A stretch of DNA of 36,546 bases from a virus (taxonomy: Duplodnaviria > Caudoviricetes), in the IMG/VR virus record IMGVR_UViG_3300029156_000009, positions 1 to 36,546 of that record; one strand, written 5' to 3'. The first letter of the stretch is position 1. Each line of letters begins with the position of its first letter. The position numbers were made by a program, and so were the translations under genes. This document shows, piece by piece, positions 24,898-33,367 of this stretch. Under the pieces are notes generated by a model. That model was given only the letters and a program-made list of their open reading frames with translations, had not been told where the DNA came from and searched no databases.

Positions 24898-25228
24898 GCT
24901 TGCGCCTTTCTCGGGGCATCATTCCGCCCCAGATCCCGTACTCCCATTTTTCATCGATGGCTATGTCTAAGCACTTCTGTTGGATCTCACACTCTTGGCA
25001 GATGGCGATCTGGCGGTCGTAGCCTTCTTTGCGAGACTTCAGCGAGATGACTTCGCCGGTCGGTCCCATCCAGTCAAGGTTGGAGTCGATGCAGGCTGGT
25101 CCGGTTGTAACCAGAACCCGCGGCTGCTTCCCCTTAGCCACGGGTTCTGGAACCTCGAATTTTTCCATTGTGTCCACTAGTGATTCAAGCCGTAAGACGA
25201 GTTGCTGTGCCATCGTGTCCAAGTCCAT
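24869..25228 (-). CDS. whiB: WhiB-family transcription factor
   Basis: C...ICQEC....C and GIWGG...ER motifs. Confidence 0.88.
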   Translation of the reverse strand: MDLDTMAQQLVLRLESLVDTMEKFEVPEPVAKGKQPRVLVTTGPACIDSNLDWMGPTGEVISLKSRKEGYDRQIAICQECEIQQKCLDIAIDEKWEYGIWGGMMPRERRKHVRMVHEAV

Positions 25229-25264
25229 GTAAGACAATCTTACAGTACTCAACCCGATTGTCAA
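25228..25264 (-). promoter_or_regulatory. SigA-type promoter with operator copy 3
   Basis: TTGACA-N16-TAAGAT; TGTAAG-ACAAT-CTTACA at 25228-25244 abuts the whiB ATG. Confidence 0.7.
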
Positions 25265-25269
25265 GGGAT

Positions 25270-25497
25270 TCACTGGCGAGCCTCCGGGCGAAGCCAGCAA
25301 CGGCGTAGCCGTAAGGTGCCTGGGAGACATGGGTCTACCCAGGGAAGGTGCGTGGGTTCATTCCAAACCATGCCTATCGGCCAGATGCTCGCTCCGTCAT
25401 TCCTCCGCTTGTTGTTACACCAGTGGTGACGATAGGACTTGATAACGCCTCCCGAGTCGGGGGAAAGTGCTACCATTGGCTCCGGTTTTTTGTCACA
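25270..25497 (-). ncRNA. Structured non-coding region (candidate ncRNA or origin)
   Basis: Largest gene-free gap; TGC-TATGGT extended -10 upstream; several stems; contains TATCAAGTCC. Confidence 0.3.
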
Positions 25498-25507
25498 CCA
25501 TTAACCA

Positions 25508-25547
25508 TAGCAAAAACCCCTCGAACTTGCGCTCGGGGGGTTTGCTA
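25508..25547. terminator. Bidirectional-type intrinsic terminator
   Basis: TAGCAAAAACCCCTCGAAC-TTGC-GCTCGGGGGGTTTGCTA. Confidence 0.75.
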
Positions 25548-25559
25548 GTTTTCGCGGTA

Positions 25560-25913
25560 TTAGTTCTTTGGGTCTAGTCCGCGTTTGTACCGCTCTTCAT
25601 TCAGGACTTTTAGAAAATGGTCGGCGTGGAGGTCTCGAAGTCTATGTAACGCGGCCCGGTACGCCTCGTCGTAGGGAGCCCGGCCTTCCGTCCGCTCTCG
25701 GTGTTTCCTAGTAATGGACCGTTGGTGGGCCTTCCATGCCTCTTCGCCCATTTCTTCCCGTCTCCTAGCTTTAGATTGGCGCACCGCCTCACGATTGCAC
25801 TCACGGCAGATGCGTGACCGACCATCAGCCCGACTCTTGTCTCTGTAAAAGTCGCTGGAAGTTTTCACTACGCCACAGCGCGGACACTCCCTTGTTTGCA
25901 GCTCTAAATCCAT
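25560..25913 (-). CDS. Zinc-ribbon protein (N-terminus like HNH-associated domains, no HNH core)
   Basis: CPRCGVVK...FY.DKSRADG...ICREC. Confidence 0.65.
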   Translation of the reverse strand: MDLELQTRECPRCGVVKTSSDFYRDKSRADGRSRICRECNREAVRQSKARRREEMGEEAWKAHQRSITRKHRERTEGRAPYDEAYRAALHRLRDLHADHFLKVLNEERYKRGLDPKN

Positions 25914-26530
25914 CAGAAAGGTCGTTCGTCGCTACTCGGATGCTCCTCGTAGTAGGCATCGGCCATGTGACCGAACACCTTCTCCGCGTCCGCTTGGGAT
26001 AGTGGGAACGCTGGCTCGAGCGCATGTGTTGCAGCCTTGTAGGCATCGACGCGTTGCTCTTTAGTCCAGAGTCCGAAGATCTCCACCTTCTGAGCTAGCC
26101 AGTCCGCGGGGTCTGGTTCAACGTCCTTACGCTGCGGGGCTTGCTGTGCTTTGACTGCCTCGGCGCCGTCGTCGTCCTCGTCTGGTGCGATCCCCAGAGC
26201 TGCGGTGAGTGAGTATCGGCGTGCGTAGGTGATAGCTGAGCCGTAGCCCTGAGCGTTGTTGCCAGCCGGAAGCACCAAAGGCCCGAAGGTCTCAACGTGG
26301 CCGGACTCGTGGTAGATGCGTGTCTCCACCCCAACCTTGCTGTCGATGTTCACCGTTGACTGTGCGACCGTCAGGCCGTGTTTGGCTAGGACCGGCTTCA
26401 CCGCTTCCAGGATGGTGTTGAGGTCTGCGTACTTGTAGGAGTAGTTGCCCATGTCGGCGGTTTTGTCTTTGCCGATCTGGGGCATCTCCGCAAGAGCTTC
26501 GGTGAATGCCTCGGCGAACTCGGCGCTCAT
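25913..26530 (-). CDS. ERF-family ssDNA annealing protein
   Basis: YKYADL, LAKHGL, GSAITYARRYSL.A.LGIA..EDDDG. Confidence 0.92.
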   Translation of the reverse strand: MSAEFAEAFTEALAEMPQIGKDKTADMGNYSYKYADLNTILEAVKPVLAKHGLTVAQSTVNIDSKVGVETRIYHESGHVETFGPLVLPAGNNAQGYGSAITYARRYSLTAALGIAPDEDDDGAEAVKAQQAPQRKDVEPDPADWLAQKVEIFGLWTKEQRVDAYKAATHALEPAFPLSQADAEKVFGHMADAYYEEHPSSDERPF

Positions 26531-26958
26531 TTGCCTTCCACCTTTACCTGGTCGCTCCACACTTCCCCGATCATCGGCCCCTCAACCTCGCCCTCGTCCT
26601 CGATCTCGTGGTGAGCGATGACAAGCGTCACATCTTGGTTCTGTGCGTATTGCTTTAGTTGGGTCCAGCGCCATGACAAACGGACCGCATCGGCTGATAT
26701 CAGCGATCTCAGGTCATTGTCGAAGGCCGAGAGGATGGCTGCGGTGTTGTAGGACCGCTTAGCCGACCTCGACACAACCGTCCGATACTTCTCCCCTACC
26801 ACCGGGCCAGGCACTTCTGAGAGCAGCGCGCGCTTAAAGGTGTTGAGCTTGGCAATGATGTGCGCCAGCTCGCCGGCCAGATCCACGGCTTCGGAATCTG
26901 TCGGTATGGGCTGGGCTACTAGTTGGTCAACTTCGTAGTTGAGTTTTGCTGTATCCAT
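26527..26958 (-). CDS. Hypothetical protein
   Basis: 143-aa coupled ORF with GAGG RBS. Confidence 0.65.
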   Translation of the reverse strand: MDTAKLNYEVDQLVAQPIPTDSEAVDLAGELAHIIAKLNTFKRALLSEVPGPVVGEKYRTVVSRSAKRSYNTAAILSAFDNDLRSLISADAVRLSWRWTQLKQYAQNQDVTLVIAHHEIEDEGEVEGPMIGEVWSDQVKVEGK

Positions 26959-27107
26959 TCGGTTACCTCGTCTCTAGCCCATAGGGGCTGATGGTTGTCC
27001 ACGGTCGGTTTCGGGAGCTTGCCGCGGTGACGCCACACATAGAGGCGCTCAACGGGTACTCCGGTTTCTCTTGCTATGTCCTCATACGTCAGAAGATCCA
27101 ATGTCAT
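26919..27107 (-). CDS. AlpA/excisionase-like HTH DNA-binding protein
   Basis: LLTYEDIARETGV....YVWRHRGKLPKP....PLW. Confidence 0.78.
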   Translation of the reverse strand: MTLDLLTYEDIARETGVPVERLYVWRHRGKLPKPTVDNHQPLWARDEVTEWIQQNSTTKLTN

Positions 27108-27609
27108 CCCCTCTTACCGCCGCGGCTACGGCTTCCTCGAAGGAATAAATGCCGGTCTCTGTCATTCGACGTTCTGACAACAGATAGGTGCATTCATTTA
27201 CCTTGGGCACAACTAGCGGTGATTTGTAAGGTGCGTCATACAATCTTACACCACCATCTTTGATCGTGTAGGGGATGATCCAATGATCCACATCGACGCC
27301 CTCGCCGTTCCAATGCAACCGAGTTGCGTACAGAACCAGGTCGGAGTTGATGAACCCTTGGCCGGGGGCGGGGGCTTGGTGAGCCTCAAAGAAGACAAAC
27401 GAGGTCAAGACCTCAACCGAGAAGGCAAACGGGACGAACGAAAAGTACATAGACTCCGCCTCGCCGCGGTCGTTGAACTGACCACCAAGCTCGCCTAGCA
27501 ACTTGTCGCCGGAGTAGTGGGCTGCCCACACTTCGGGCCAGTCGTCTAGGCGAGACTTGGCGATGCGCTTCTGATAAAGCTCGAGCGCTTCGTAGACCTC
27601 AATCATCAT
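27082..27609 (-). CDS. Hypothetical protein
   Basis: 175-aa ORF with a coupled start. Confidence 0.6.
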   Translation of the reverse strand: MMIEVYEALELYQKRIAKSRLDDWPEVWAAHYSGDKLLGELGGQFNDRGEAESMYFSFVPFAFSVEVLTSFVFFEAHQAPAPGQGFINSDLVLYATRLHWNGEGVDVDHWIIPYTIKDGGVRLYDAPYKSPLVVPKVNECTYLLSERRMTETGIYSFEEAVAAAVRGDDIGSSDV

Positions 27610-27727
27610 CTTCTTCGCAACAGAATTCGATGTCGGACATCTTGCGAACCTCGACGGTCCTCCCACACTTCTCACAGTGCGCGGTTGCCAGCGGTCCATA
27701 GATGCGGATTTTCTCTGCAATGGTCAT
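27599..27727 (-). CDS. 42-aa zinc-binding micro-protein
   Basis: MTIAEKIRIYG...HCEKCG...FCC; TAATG overlap. Confidence 0.5.
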   Translation of the reverse strand: MTIAEKIRIYGPLATAHCEKCGRTVEVRKMSDIEFCCEEDDD

Positions 27728-27963
27728 TATTTGACTCCCCAGTACTCGTGCCTATAGGTCCACCCAGTTGTCTGGTGCTTGGTCCTAACTTCTACCTCCC
27801 GATACCCCAGGGCTTCTATGCGGGCTATCTCCGCGTCTCGCGCAGTATCACTCAACGGAAACTGTGCGTAGTCGCGGATGACGCACGTCTTGGGTTTGGG
27901 ATATCCGCGTGTGTCGTTGAGATAGCTCTCGTTGTAGAAAAGAAAGTCTTCGTGGTAGCTCAT
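27727..27963 (-). CDS. First gene of the putative early operon, hypothetical
   Basis: Leaderless start after a consensus-like promoter. Confidence 0.65.
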   Translation of the reverse strand: MSYHEDFLFYNESYLNDTRGYPKPKTCVIRDYAQFPLSDTARDAEIARIEALGYREVEVRTKHQTTGWTYRHEYWGVK

Positions 27964-27999
27964 AGGTGTAAGATTACCTTACACCTAGAGCGCTGTCAA
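27964..27999 (-). promoter_or_regulatory. Early SigA-type promoter with operator copy 4
   Basis: TTGACA-N17-TAATCT-N7-ATG; perfect TAGGTGTAAG-N5-CTTACACCTA palindrome. Confidence 0.8.
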
Positions 28000-28244
28000 T
28001 AGGTGGGGGGAGATTTCGTCAAGCCGAGACTGAATATCTGATTCAGCACCGGGAACTTCTCACCGAGTTTGTTGAATACAAACGCCACCACAGCGGAGAG
28101 GGCCATAAAGACGCCTGTCTCCAAGTACTGGGCAGACTCACCGATGTCGATGCCGAGTTGAAGCAGGTAAGCGACCAATGCCGCAACACCCACCTGCACT
28201 CCGGTCTTGACCGCGGAGATTACTGCCTGTTTGATTCCGTCCAT
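27996..28244 (-). CDS. Putative holin
   Basis: Two TM helices; end of the lysis cassette; start could be 28313. Confidence 0.65.
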   Translation of the reverse strand: MDGIKQAVISAVKTGVQVGVAALVAYLLQLGIDIGESAQYLETGVFMALSAVVAFVFNKLGEKFPVLNQIFSLGLTKSPPTY

Positions 28245-28314
28245 GTCTCGCCCTTCTGGTTTGAGTTCATGTCTCCCAAAGAGTACACGGAGGAACGCCC
28301 ATCGGCGTGCCATG

Positions 28315-28539
28315 TCACTCGGCTTGGCACGCAGTAATAGCTTGTTCGTTGCGGTCTTCAGGCATGATAAGAAGCAGGCAGGAGTTGAATTTAAGAGAAT
28401 TTTCCACCCGTTCTAGGCGGGTGTTTACCGAACTGAAGTCAGCAGCCCGCGTCGTGGTCCACACGTTCAACCCAAGCACCAACACCAGGAGCGCCGTGGC
28501 GACAAGGAGCATCCAACGCACAACCGGATCAGGGCTCAT
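28315..28539 (-). CDS. Lysis-cassette membrane protein
   Basis: N-terminal TM helix, coiled coil, two Cys; ATGA overlap. Confidence 0.6.
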   Translation of the reverse strand: MSPDPVVRWMLLVATALLVLVLGLNVWTTTRAADFSSVNTRLERVENSLKFNSCLLLIMPEDRNEQAITACQAE

Positions 28540-28769
28540 AACGGGGGCGCCTGTTGTAGAACGTAGAGCAGAAGAGCAATGAGAAGCGCAATGAACTGGC
28601 CGACCAGCAAACGCATCGCCCAAGTCTGAGACGCCTTGATGTCTTTGATGTCCTGGCGGGTGCGTTGAATCTCGTTGTTGTATACCTCTTTGGAAACGAA
28701 GTCGTCCTGTCGCTTCTTGATGTCGGTATACGCGCGCGAAAGCTCGCCAAGTGTCATGGGTTCAGTCAA
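28536..28769 (-). CDS. Lysis-cassette membrane protein
   Basis: Coiled coil plus C-terminal TM helix, directly after the endolysin. Confidence 0.6.
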   Translation of the reverse strand: MTEPMTLGELSRAYTDIKKRQDDFVSKEVYNNEIQRTRQDIKDIKASQTWAMRLLVGQFIALLIALLLYVLQQAPPL

Positions 28770-29631
28770 CTAATCGACTCGCTAACTCATCGGCTACGGC
28801 CTCAGCGATACCAGCGGCCTCTATCGCATCCACAACAGCTTCGGTTAGCTCGTCCACTTCCAGGTCTCCGTTGAGGAAGTCCGCCCGTGAAAAGTCGCGG
28901 GCCTGCACTAACACACTGGACAAGAACTCTCGAGCTTCACCCCGCCCAACCTCGGCGGCCCAAATGCTGTCCGATATCAGATCAGACATGCGACGAATTG
29001 ACCCATCGCTTCGGTCCTTGAACGTGACGGTGAAGAACTCTGTCAAGCCCTCCTGCAATTGTTCTGGTGTCATATCGACAATCAGTCTATCCCAATCAAT
29101 CGCGCCAGGGTCCCAATGCGTCTGCTCCGGTACATGTTGATGACCGCACACCCCGTCGAATACATCCCACTCGGCGCCGGTCATTCGGAAGCCGGGTGCG
29201 TTTGCCTGGCTATAGGAGAAGGCTTGTTTGCCCGGCCAGTACTTCTGGACCCCATACTCCTCAGAACAGAAGTCGATGAACTCACGCAGGTCGAAGTAGT
29301 TCTGGTCGGTCAGATCCCCTACCCAAACCCTGGACTCGGTTTGGTCGGCTATCGCCTTGTTGGCGTAGGCAATGATCTCGATCTGAAGTGCGGAGCGCCG
29401 GTTGGTCTGCACTCCTCCCGATGGATTGGCAAGCGCACGAGCTGCAGTAGCGAACTCGGTGTGTTGATAGAAGTTCCCAAACTCGGGATCGTAAGTGATA
29501 TGCGGCGCCGAGAAGCCGTTGTTATATCCCGGCAGTCCTGATGTCTCTGTGGTGTGAACGACAAGCCGGTACGGGCCACCTGTATAAGACCCGCCCGACT
29601 TGCCGTTACCTAACCAGGTCCCGTATCGCAT
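28762..29631 (-). CDS. Endolysin, N-acetylmuramoyl-L-alanine amidase (Amidase_2-like)
   Basis: VVHTTE, PH, QIEI and GHQHVP...HWDPG zinc-amidase motifs. Confidence 0.85.
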   Translation of the reverse strand: MRYGTWLGNGKSGGSYTGGPYRLVVHTTETSGLPGYNNGFSAPHITYDPEFGNFYQHTEFATAARALANPSGGVQTNRRSALQIEIIAYANKAIADQTESRVWVGDLTDQNYFDLREFIDFCSEEYGVQKYWPGKQAFSYSQANAPGFRMTGAEWDVFDGVCGHQHVPEQTHWDPGAIDWDRLIVDMTPEQLQEGLTEFFTVTFKDRSDGSIRRMSDLISDSIWAAEVGRGEAREFLSSVLVQARDFSRADFLNGDLEVDELTEAVVDAIEAAGIAEAVADELASRLVD

Positions 29632-30136
29632 GACGACAGTCTATAGACCGATACGTTCCCGGGCGCGCTCCCCACGACCATTCACCCGGACAGACGATCT
29701 TGGTTACACCCGAAGGGACGACAATCTCTGTGGTCTGGTTCCGTAAGGATTGTGTGAGCATCCCCCACTTATCCGGCACTAGCTCCAGGTCGGTCCCGAA
29801 CACCGTGGAGCACATCGAAGTTCCTTTGCCTTGGAACGAGCCATCACAGCCGCGGACTTCGACCTCTCCCCACACACAAGCGCCGGGCTTCCACCGCTCA
29901 ACCAGATCGTAGGTTTCGGGGTAGATGTCGTGGTCGTCGATCTTCATCACCATCGGCGCATGATTTCGAGCCTCTTTGAGTGCAGAGTTGAACACCGACG
30001 AGAATGAGCCAGATGAATGGAAACGATATATCGTGGTGTCAGCCAGCCTTAAAGCTGATTTGAGGCCGTGTGACACCCATTGCGGGCGTCTGGTGACGAG
30101 GACAGCGACTCTAGGAGCCAGATCCGCAATCAACAT
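29606..30136 (-). CDS. Putative GT-A/GT2-like glycosyltransferase
   Basis: VAVLVTRRP, FNSALKEA and MVMKIDDHDIY (DxD-type) motifs; start uncertain. Confidence 0.5.
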   Translation of the reverse strand: MLIADLAPRVAVLVTRRPQWVSHGLKSALRLADTTIYRFHSSGSFSSVFNSALKEARNHAPMVMKIDDHDIYPETYDLVERWKPGACVWGEVEVRGCDGSFQGKGTSMCSTVFGTDLELVPDKWGMLTQSLRNQTTEIVVPSGVTKIVCPGEWSWGARPGTYRSIDCRHAIRDLVR

Positions 30137-30938
30137 AGTTGTCGCCATAGGTAGCGTCCGCGGGCCAGAAGGTTTGAGTGTTAGACGCTGTGTCGTTGAG
30201 TGCGTCTGACCCGTAATCGGATGCGTCTCCAAGGTCGTTGCCGACCACCATATTACACTCACCTGTTCCGCCCACGTTCACCCCGTAGCGAGTGTTGGCG
30301 CCAGAGTCGCGCGGACGTAGGACACATTGGTTGATGAAGTTCCGGTTCGACGCGCCGGTGATAGAGATGTTGTCGTAAGTGTCGGTCGTGTCTGAGCCGT
30401 TGGCGTAGAACTGGCCCGAGATCCGGTTGTCAGACGCCCCGTCGATAAGCAGGCCGTGTTGACCACACTGGTCGATCACTCCATCGAAGGTACCCCACGA
30501 CGAGGTTGAGATGGAGACGCCCGTGGCATCTGAGGTGCGAACGTGGATGTTGGTCAGGGTGAACCAGTTCGAGTTCGACTCAACGATGACACCGTTCTCG
30601 TCGTTGAGCGAAGACACCGCATCGACCGTTGCGTGCAGGGCTGTGGTTAGACGGACCGCACAACCGTTTGTCGAGGACCGCGAACTCACGTTCTGAACCT
30701 TGGTGTAGTCGGCATTGCTGATATGAACGACGGCGTAGTTCGGGTTGGAGTCCACTCCATCGACAGTGCAGCGGTCCCCTTCTATCAATATGTCGCCTTC
30801 TGTGTATCCGCCGGTGACAACGATGTCTTGTGCCCGTCCGCCTGAACTAGACATGTAGATGCCTTGGGTTGCTTGGGCACCAGCGAGCTTGATGCCTTCG
30901 GCTTCGGCGTTGCCGTTGAGTTGGATCATTGCTGTCAT
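30111..30938 (-). CDS. Right-handed beta-helix tail protein (tailspike/receptor-binding-like)
   Basis: Asn/Gly/Ile ladder repeats (HGLLIDGASDNRISG); ends ...DCGSGS. Confidence 0.75.
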   Translation of the reverse strand: MTAMIQLNGNAEAEGIKLAGAQATQGIYMSSSGGRAQDIVVTGGYTEGDILIEGDRCTVDGVDSNPNYAVVHISNADYTKVQNVSSRSSTNGCAVRLTTALHATVDAVSSLNDENGVIVESNSNWFTLTNIHVRTSDATGVSISTSSWGTFDGVIDQCGQHGLLIDGASDNRISGQFYANGSDTTDTYDNISITGASNRNFINQCVLRPRDSGANTRYGVNVGGTGECNMVVGNDLGDASDYGSDALNDTASNTQTFWPADATYGDNYVDCGSGS

Positions 30939-33367
30939 ACGACCGTTCCCCCTATCGACAGGTCGAGGATTTTGCAGTTGTCGGCTACGAGCACAGCATA
31001 AGAACTAGCCGAAGATCCGACGTTGAGAATGGTGGACTCGCCTAAGCCCTGCAGAATCATTGGCACCGGGTAGGAGGCTGAGTAGCCAACGATAATCTCG
31101 TCAGGGTCGATATTGAACGTTCCCTCCGTAAGTAACACGCGGCCACCCGAAGCGTTAAACAACTCCAACAGGGCGCCCATGATTACTTCGTGGTCATCGC
31201 TTCCCGTACAGATCATGTCGGCTTTATCCATCGACCAATCGGACGCATTCGATGCAGCGACAACAATCGTGGGTGCGCCTCCACCCTCGCCCGCGATGAA
31301 TGCCGCCCCCGGTTCCTCTGTTTCGGGGTACTCAAATTTCGCCAGCAATCCGGCTACTGCAGACGCTACCGCGGCGTCGGGATTGAGAAGAGCTACCGAC
31401 CCGAACTGGACATCGAACTCAGTCGAGTTGGGTGTGTAGGAACAGACCACATCGATGAAGCGCTCGGACTGGGCCACCACCTCGGGCGGATCGTCAACGA
31501 TCAGCAAGTCACCAATGACGTAATCAGACATCGGTTCGTCTTGGAGTTCGCCTGCGAGCGTGTAGGAATAGGTATCTGAGTTGGTGAGAATCTTCGATAT
31601 CGACTCGGTCGCCGCGTCAGCTACGGCGGTGAGGTCCGGCGCTTCACGGTTTAGTTCTGACGCCTCGATGCGACCAATCGCACCCATGAGGTCCGTGTTT
31701 TGATCCCTCGCCGTGACCCGTCCCAGACCTTCAACCATTGTATTAGAACCAGTTGCGAGGAACCTTGACAACAGCCTGCGGATATCCGACGCACCACCCT
31801 GGATGGCCGGGCTTGCCGATGTGGTGTAGTCGGTCTGCATTCCTCCAGGGTTGTAAACCTGCAACAGATAAGTGCCTGCTTCCACATCGTCAGCCACCAT
31901 CCGATACTCGTAGCCATAGTCTCGAGCGAATCCGGCCATGATTTGGGAGTAGGACTGGCGCATGGTGAGCTTGCGTTCAATCTCAGAGTCAGCCCACGCA
32001 TTACCGCCAGAGTCGTTGGTGTCGTCAAAGTCCAACGTCAAATACGGCAGACCTGTTGCGCCAATCTCCCAACAAATGTTCGGGGTCCGTAGCGTTGTGT
32101 CGATGGCGTGTTCATAGATCAGTCGAAAGATTTCACCGAATGTCGTCGGGGCAAAACCTTTGTAGAGCTCGCCGTCGTCCACATAGAACACCGAAGGATC
32201 GGATGGGAAGAGGTTGGTGCATTGAATCCTGACAATGATCTGGTTTACGTCGTCGGGCATCAACATGTCCGACAGGGTGATTTCGTTCCAAGTGTTGGCG
32301 GTCAGTGTTGTGCCGTTGGCTGAGTTGTAGAACAACAACTCTTCACCGGTCCCGAAGATTGCAAACCGGAACCGGTCCGACGCCGAAGTTGGATAGACCC
32401 ATATCGACGCCTGATAGACCGCTCCCGGTGTGACGCCGACTACTTGCTGAGCGCCGGCGTTGCGGTTGGTGGTCGCTCCGACCGCGCCGGGGTTGATTAC
32501 CAGTGAGTAGGTGCCGGTGTGTGGGTTGGCTGTGGTGACTGCAAACTCGTCGTAGTTCCCAACCACTGCCCCGCTGGCAAGCGTTCTAGCCTTGGTCCAG
32601 GGTGCCGGACTCAACCCGCCTTCAGTCGTGGTAACAGTTGTTGCCGAGCCGCCCGTTAGTGAGCCTGTGTTGATGCCTAGGTTCACACCGAATTCAGGAT
32701 CGACCATCTGGATTAGGTGGGTAACCGGACTGGTCCCTACCTGAATCACAACAACGTCGTCAAAGAGGCCGAGGTCGGTTTGTATACGCGTTTCAATCGT
32801 GGCCGGGAGAGCGTTGTAAGCAATAGCCGATGTGGTGTCGGTCCCGTCAGTGAGGGTGAAGGTTCCGCCCGTGGCAGTTATCTCCAGCTCGAAGACCTTC
32901 TGAGTGACCGGGCTTTCCTCGAACCCCGGATTACCTAAGACGTTACGGGCGCCCCACTCCCAGTCCGGTTGGGAAGGCTCGAAGTCGTCCGAACCATCCC
33001 AGTCATAAGCCTCCAACCGAGCATGAGCCAGGATGGACTTGATCCCCAACCCCTCGACCCGAATCAATGGATCGTTCTTTTGTGTGCTGGGGTAGAGCTT
33101 GTTGGGTAGCCACTCAAATATCGGTGTGGTTGGGTCTTCCTCTGAAAACACCTTGACCGTTGAACTAACAGCATTCGCCGGAGTTGATGGGTCGGCAAGC
33201 AGGATCTCATCGAACCGGGTGAATTGGTTTGTGATTTGGAGCGTGCCATCACCGATCTGGTTGAGACCGTCATGCAGCGTCGCCACAGACTCGCCGGGAT
33301 CGTCTATGACCCTTCCATAACTGGCGTCACCGGGCCGCGTCCAGATCTCGGTCCACAACTTGGTCAT
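30935..33367 (-). CDS. Tail hub/minor tail protein with an inserted carbohydrate-binding module
   Basis: Follows Dit; NPGFE...HTGTYSL...YVDD CBM-like segment; C-terminal GGRVLLTEGTF beta-helix cap. Confidence 0.7.
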   Translation of the reverse strand: MTKLWTEIWTRPGDASYGRVIDDPGESVATLHDGLNQIGDGTLQITNQFTRFDEILLADPSTPANAVSSTVKVFSEEDPTTPIFEWLPNKLYPSTQKNDPLIRVEGLGIKSILAHARLEAYDWDGSDDFEPSQPDWEWGARNVLGNPGFEESPVTQKVFELEITATGGTFTLTDGTDTTSAIAYNALPATIETRIQTDLGLFDDVVVIQVGTSPVTHLIQMVDPEFGVNLGINTGSLTGGSATTVTTTEGGLSPAPWTKARTLASGAVVGNYDEFAVTTANPHTGTYSLVINPGAVGATTNRNAGAQQVVGVTPGAVYQASIWVYPTSASDRFRFAIFGTGEELLFYNSANGTTLTANTWNEITLSDMLMPDDVNQIIVRIQCTNLFPSDPSVFYVDDGELYKGFAPTTFGEIFRLIYEHAIDTTLRTPNICWEIGATGLPYLTLDFDDTNDSGGNAWADSEIERKLTMRQSYSQIMAGFARDYGYEYRMVADDVEAGTYLLQVYNPGGMQTDYTTSASPAIQGGASDIRRLLSRFLATGSNTMVEGLGRVTARDQNTDLMGAIGRIEASELNREAPDLTAVADAATESISKILTNSDTYSYTLAGELQDEPMSDYVIGDLLIVDDPPEVVAQSERFIDVVCSYTPNSTEFDVQFGSVALLNPDAAVASAVAGLLAKFEYPETEEPGAAFIAGEGGGAPTIVVAASNASDWSMDKADMICTGSDDHEVIMGALLELFNASGGRVLLTEGTFNIDPDEIIVGYSASYPVPMILQGLGESTILNVGSSASSYAVLVADNCKILDLSIGGTVV

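Noticed and set aside
26919-27107. Excisionase indicating lysogeny
   Set aside because: No integrase, CI-like repressor or parAB genes were found; it is more likely a regulator
27225-27250. Fifth operator copy
   Set aside because: The half-sites are 14 nt apart rather than 5 and lie within a CDS
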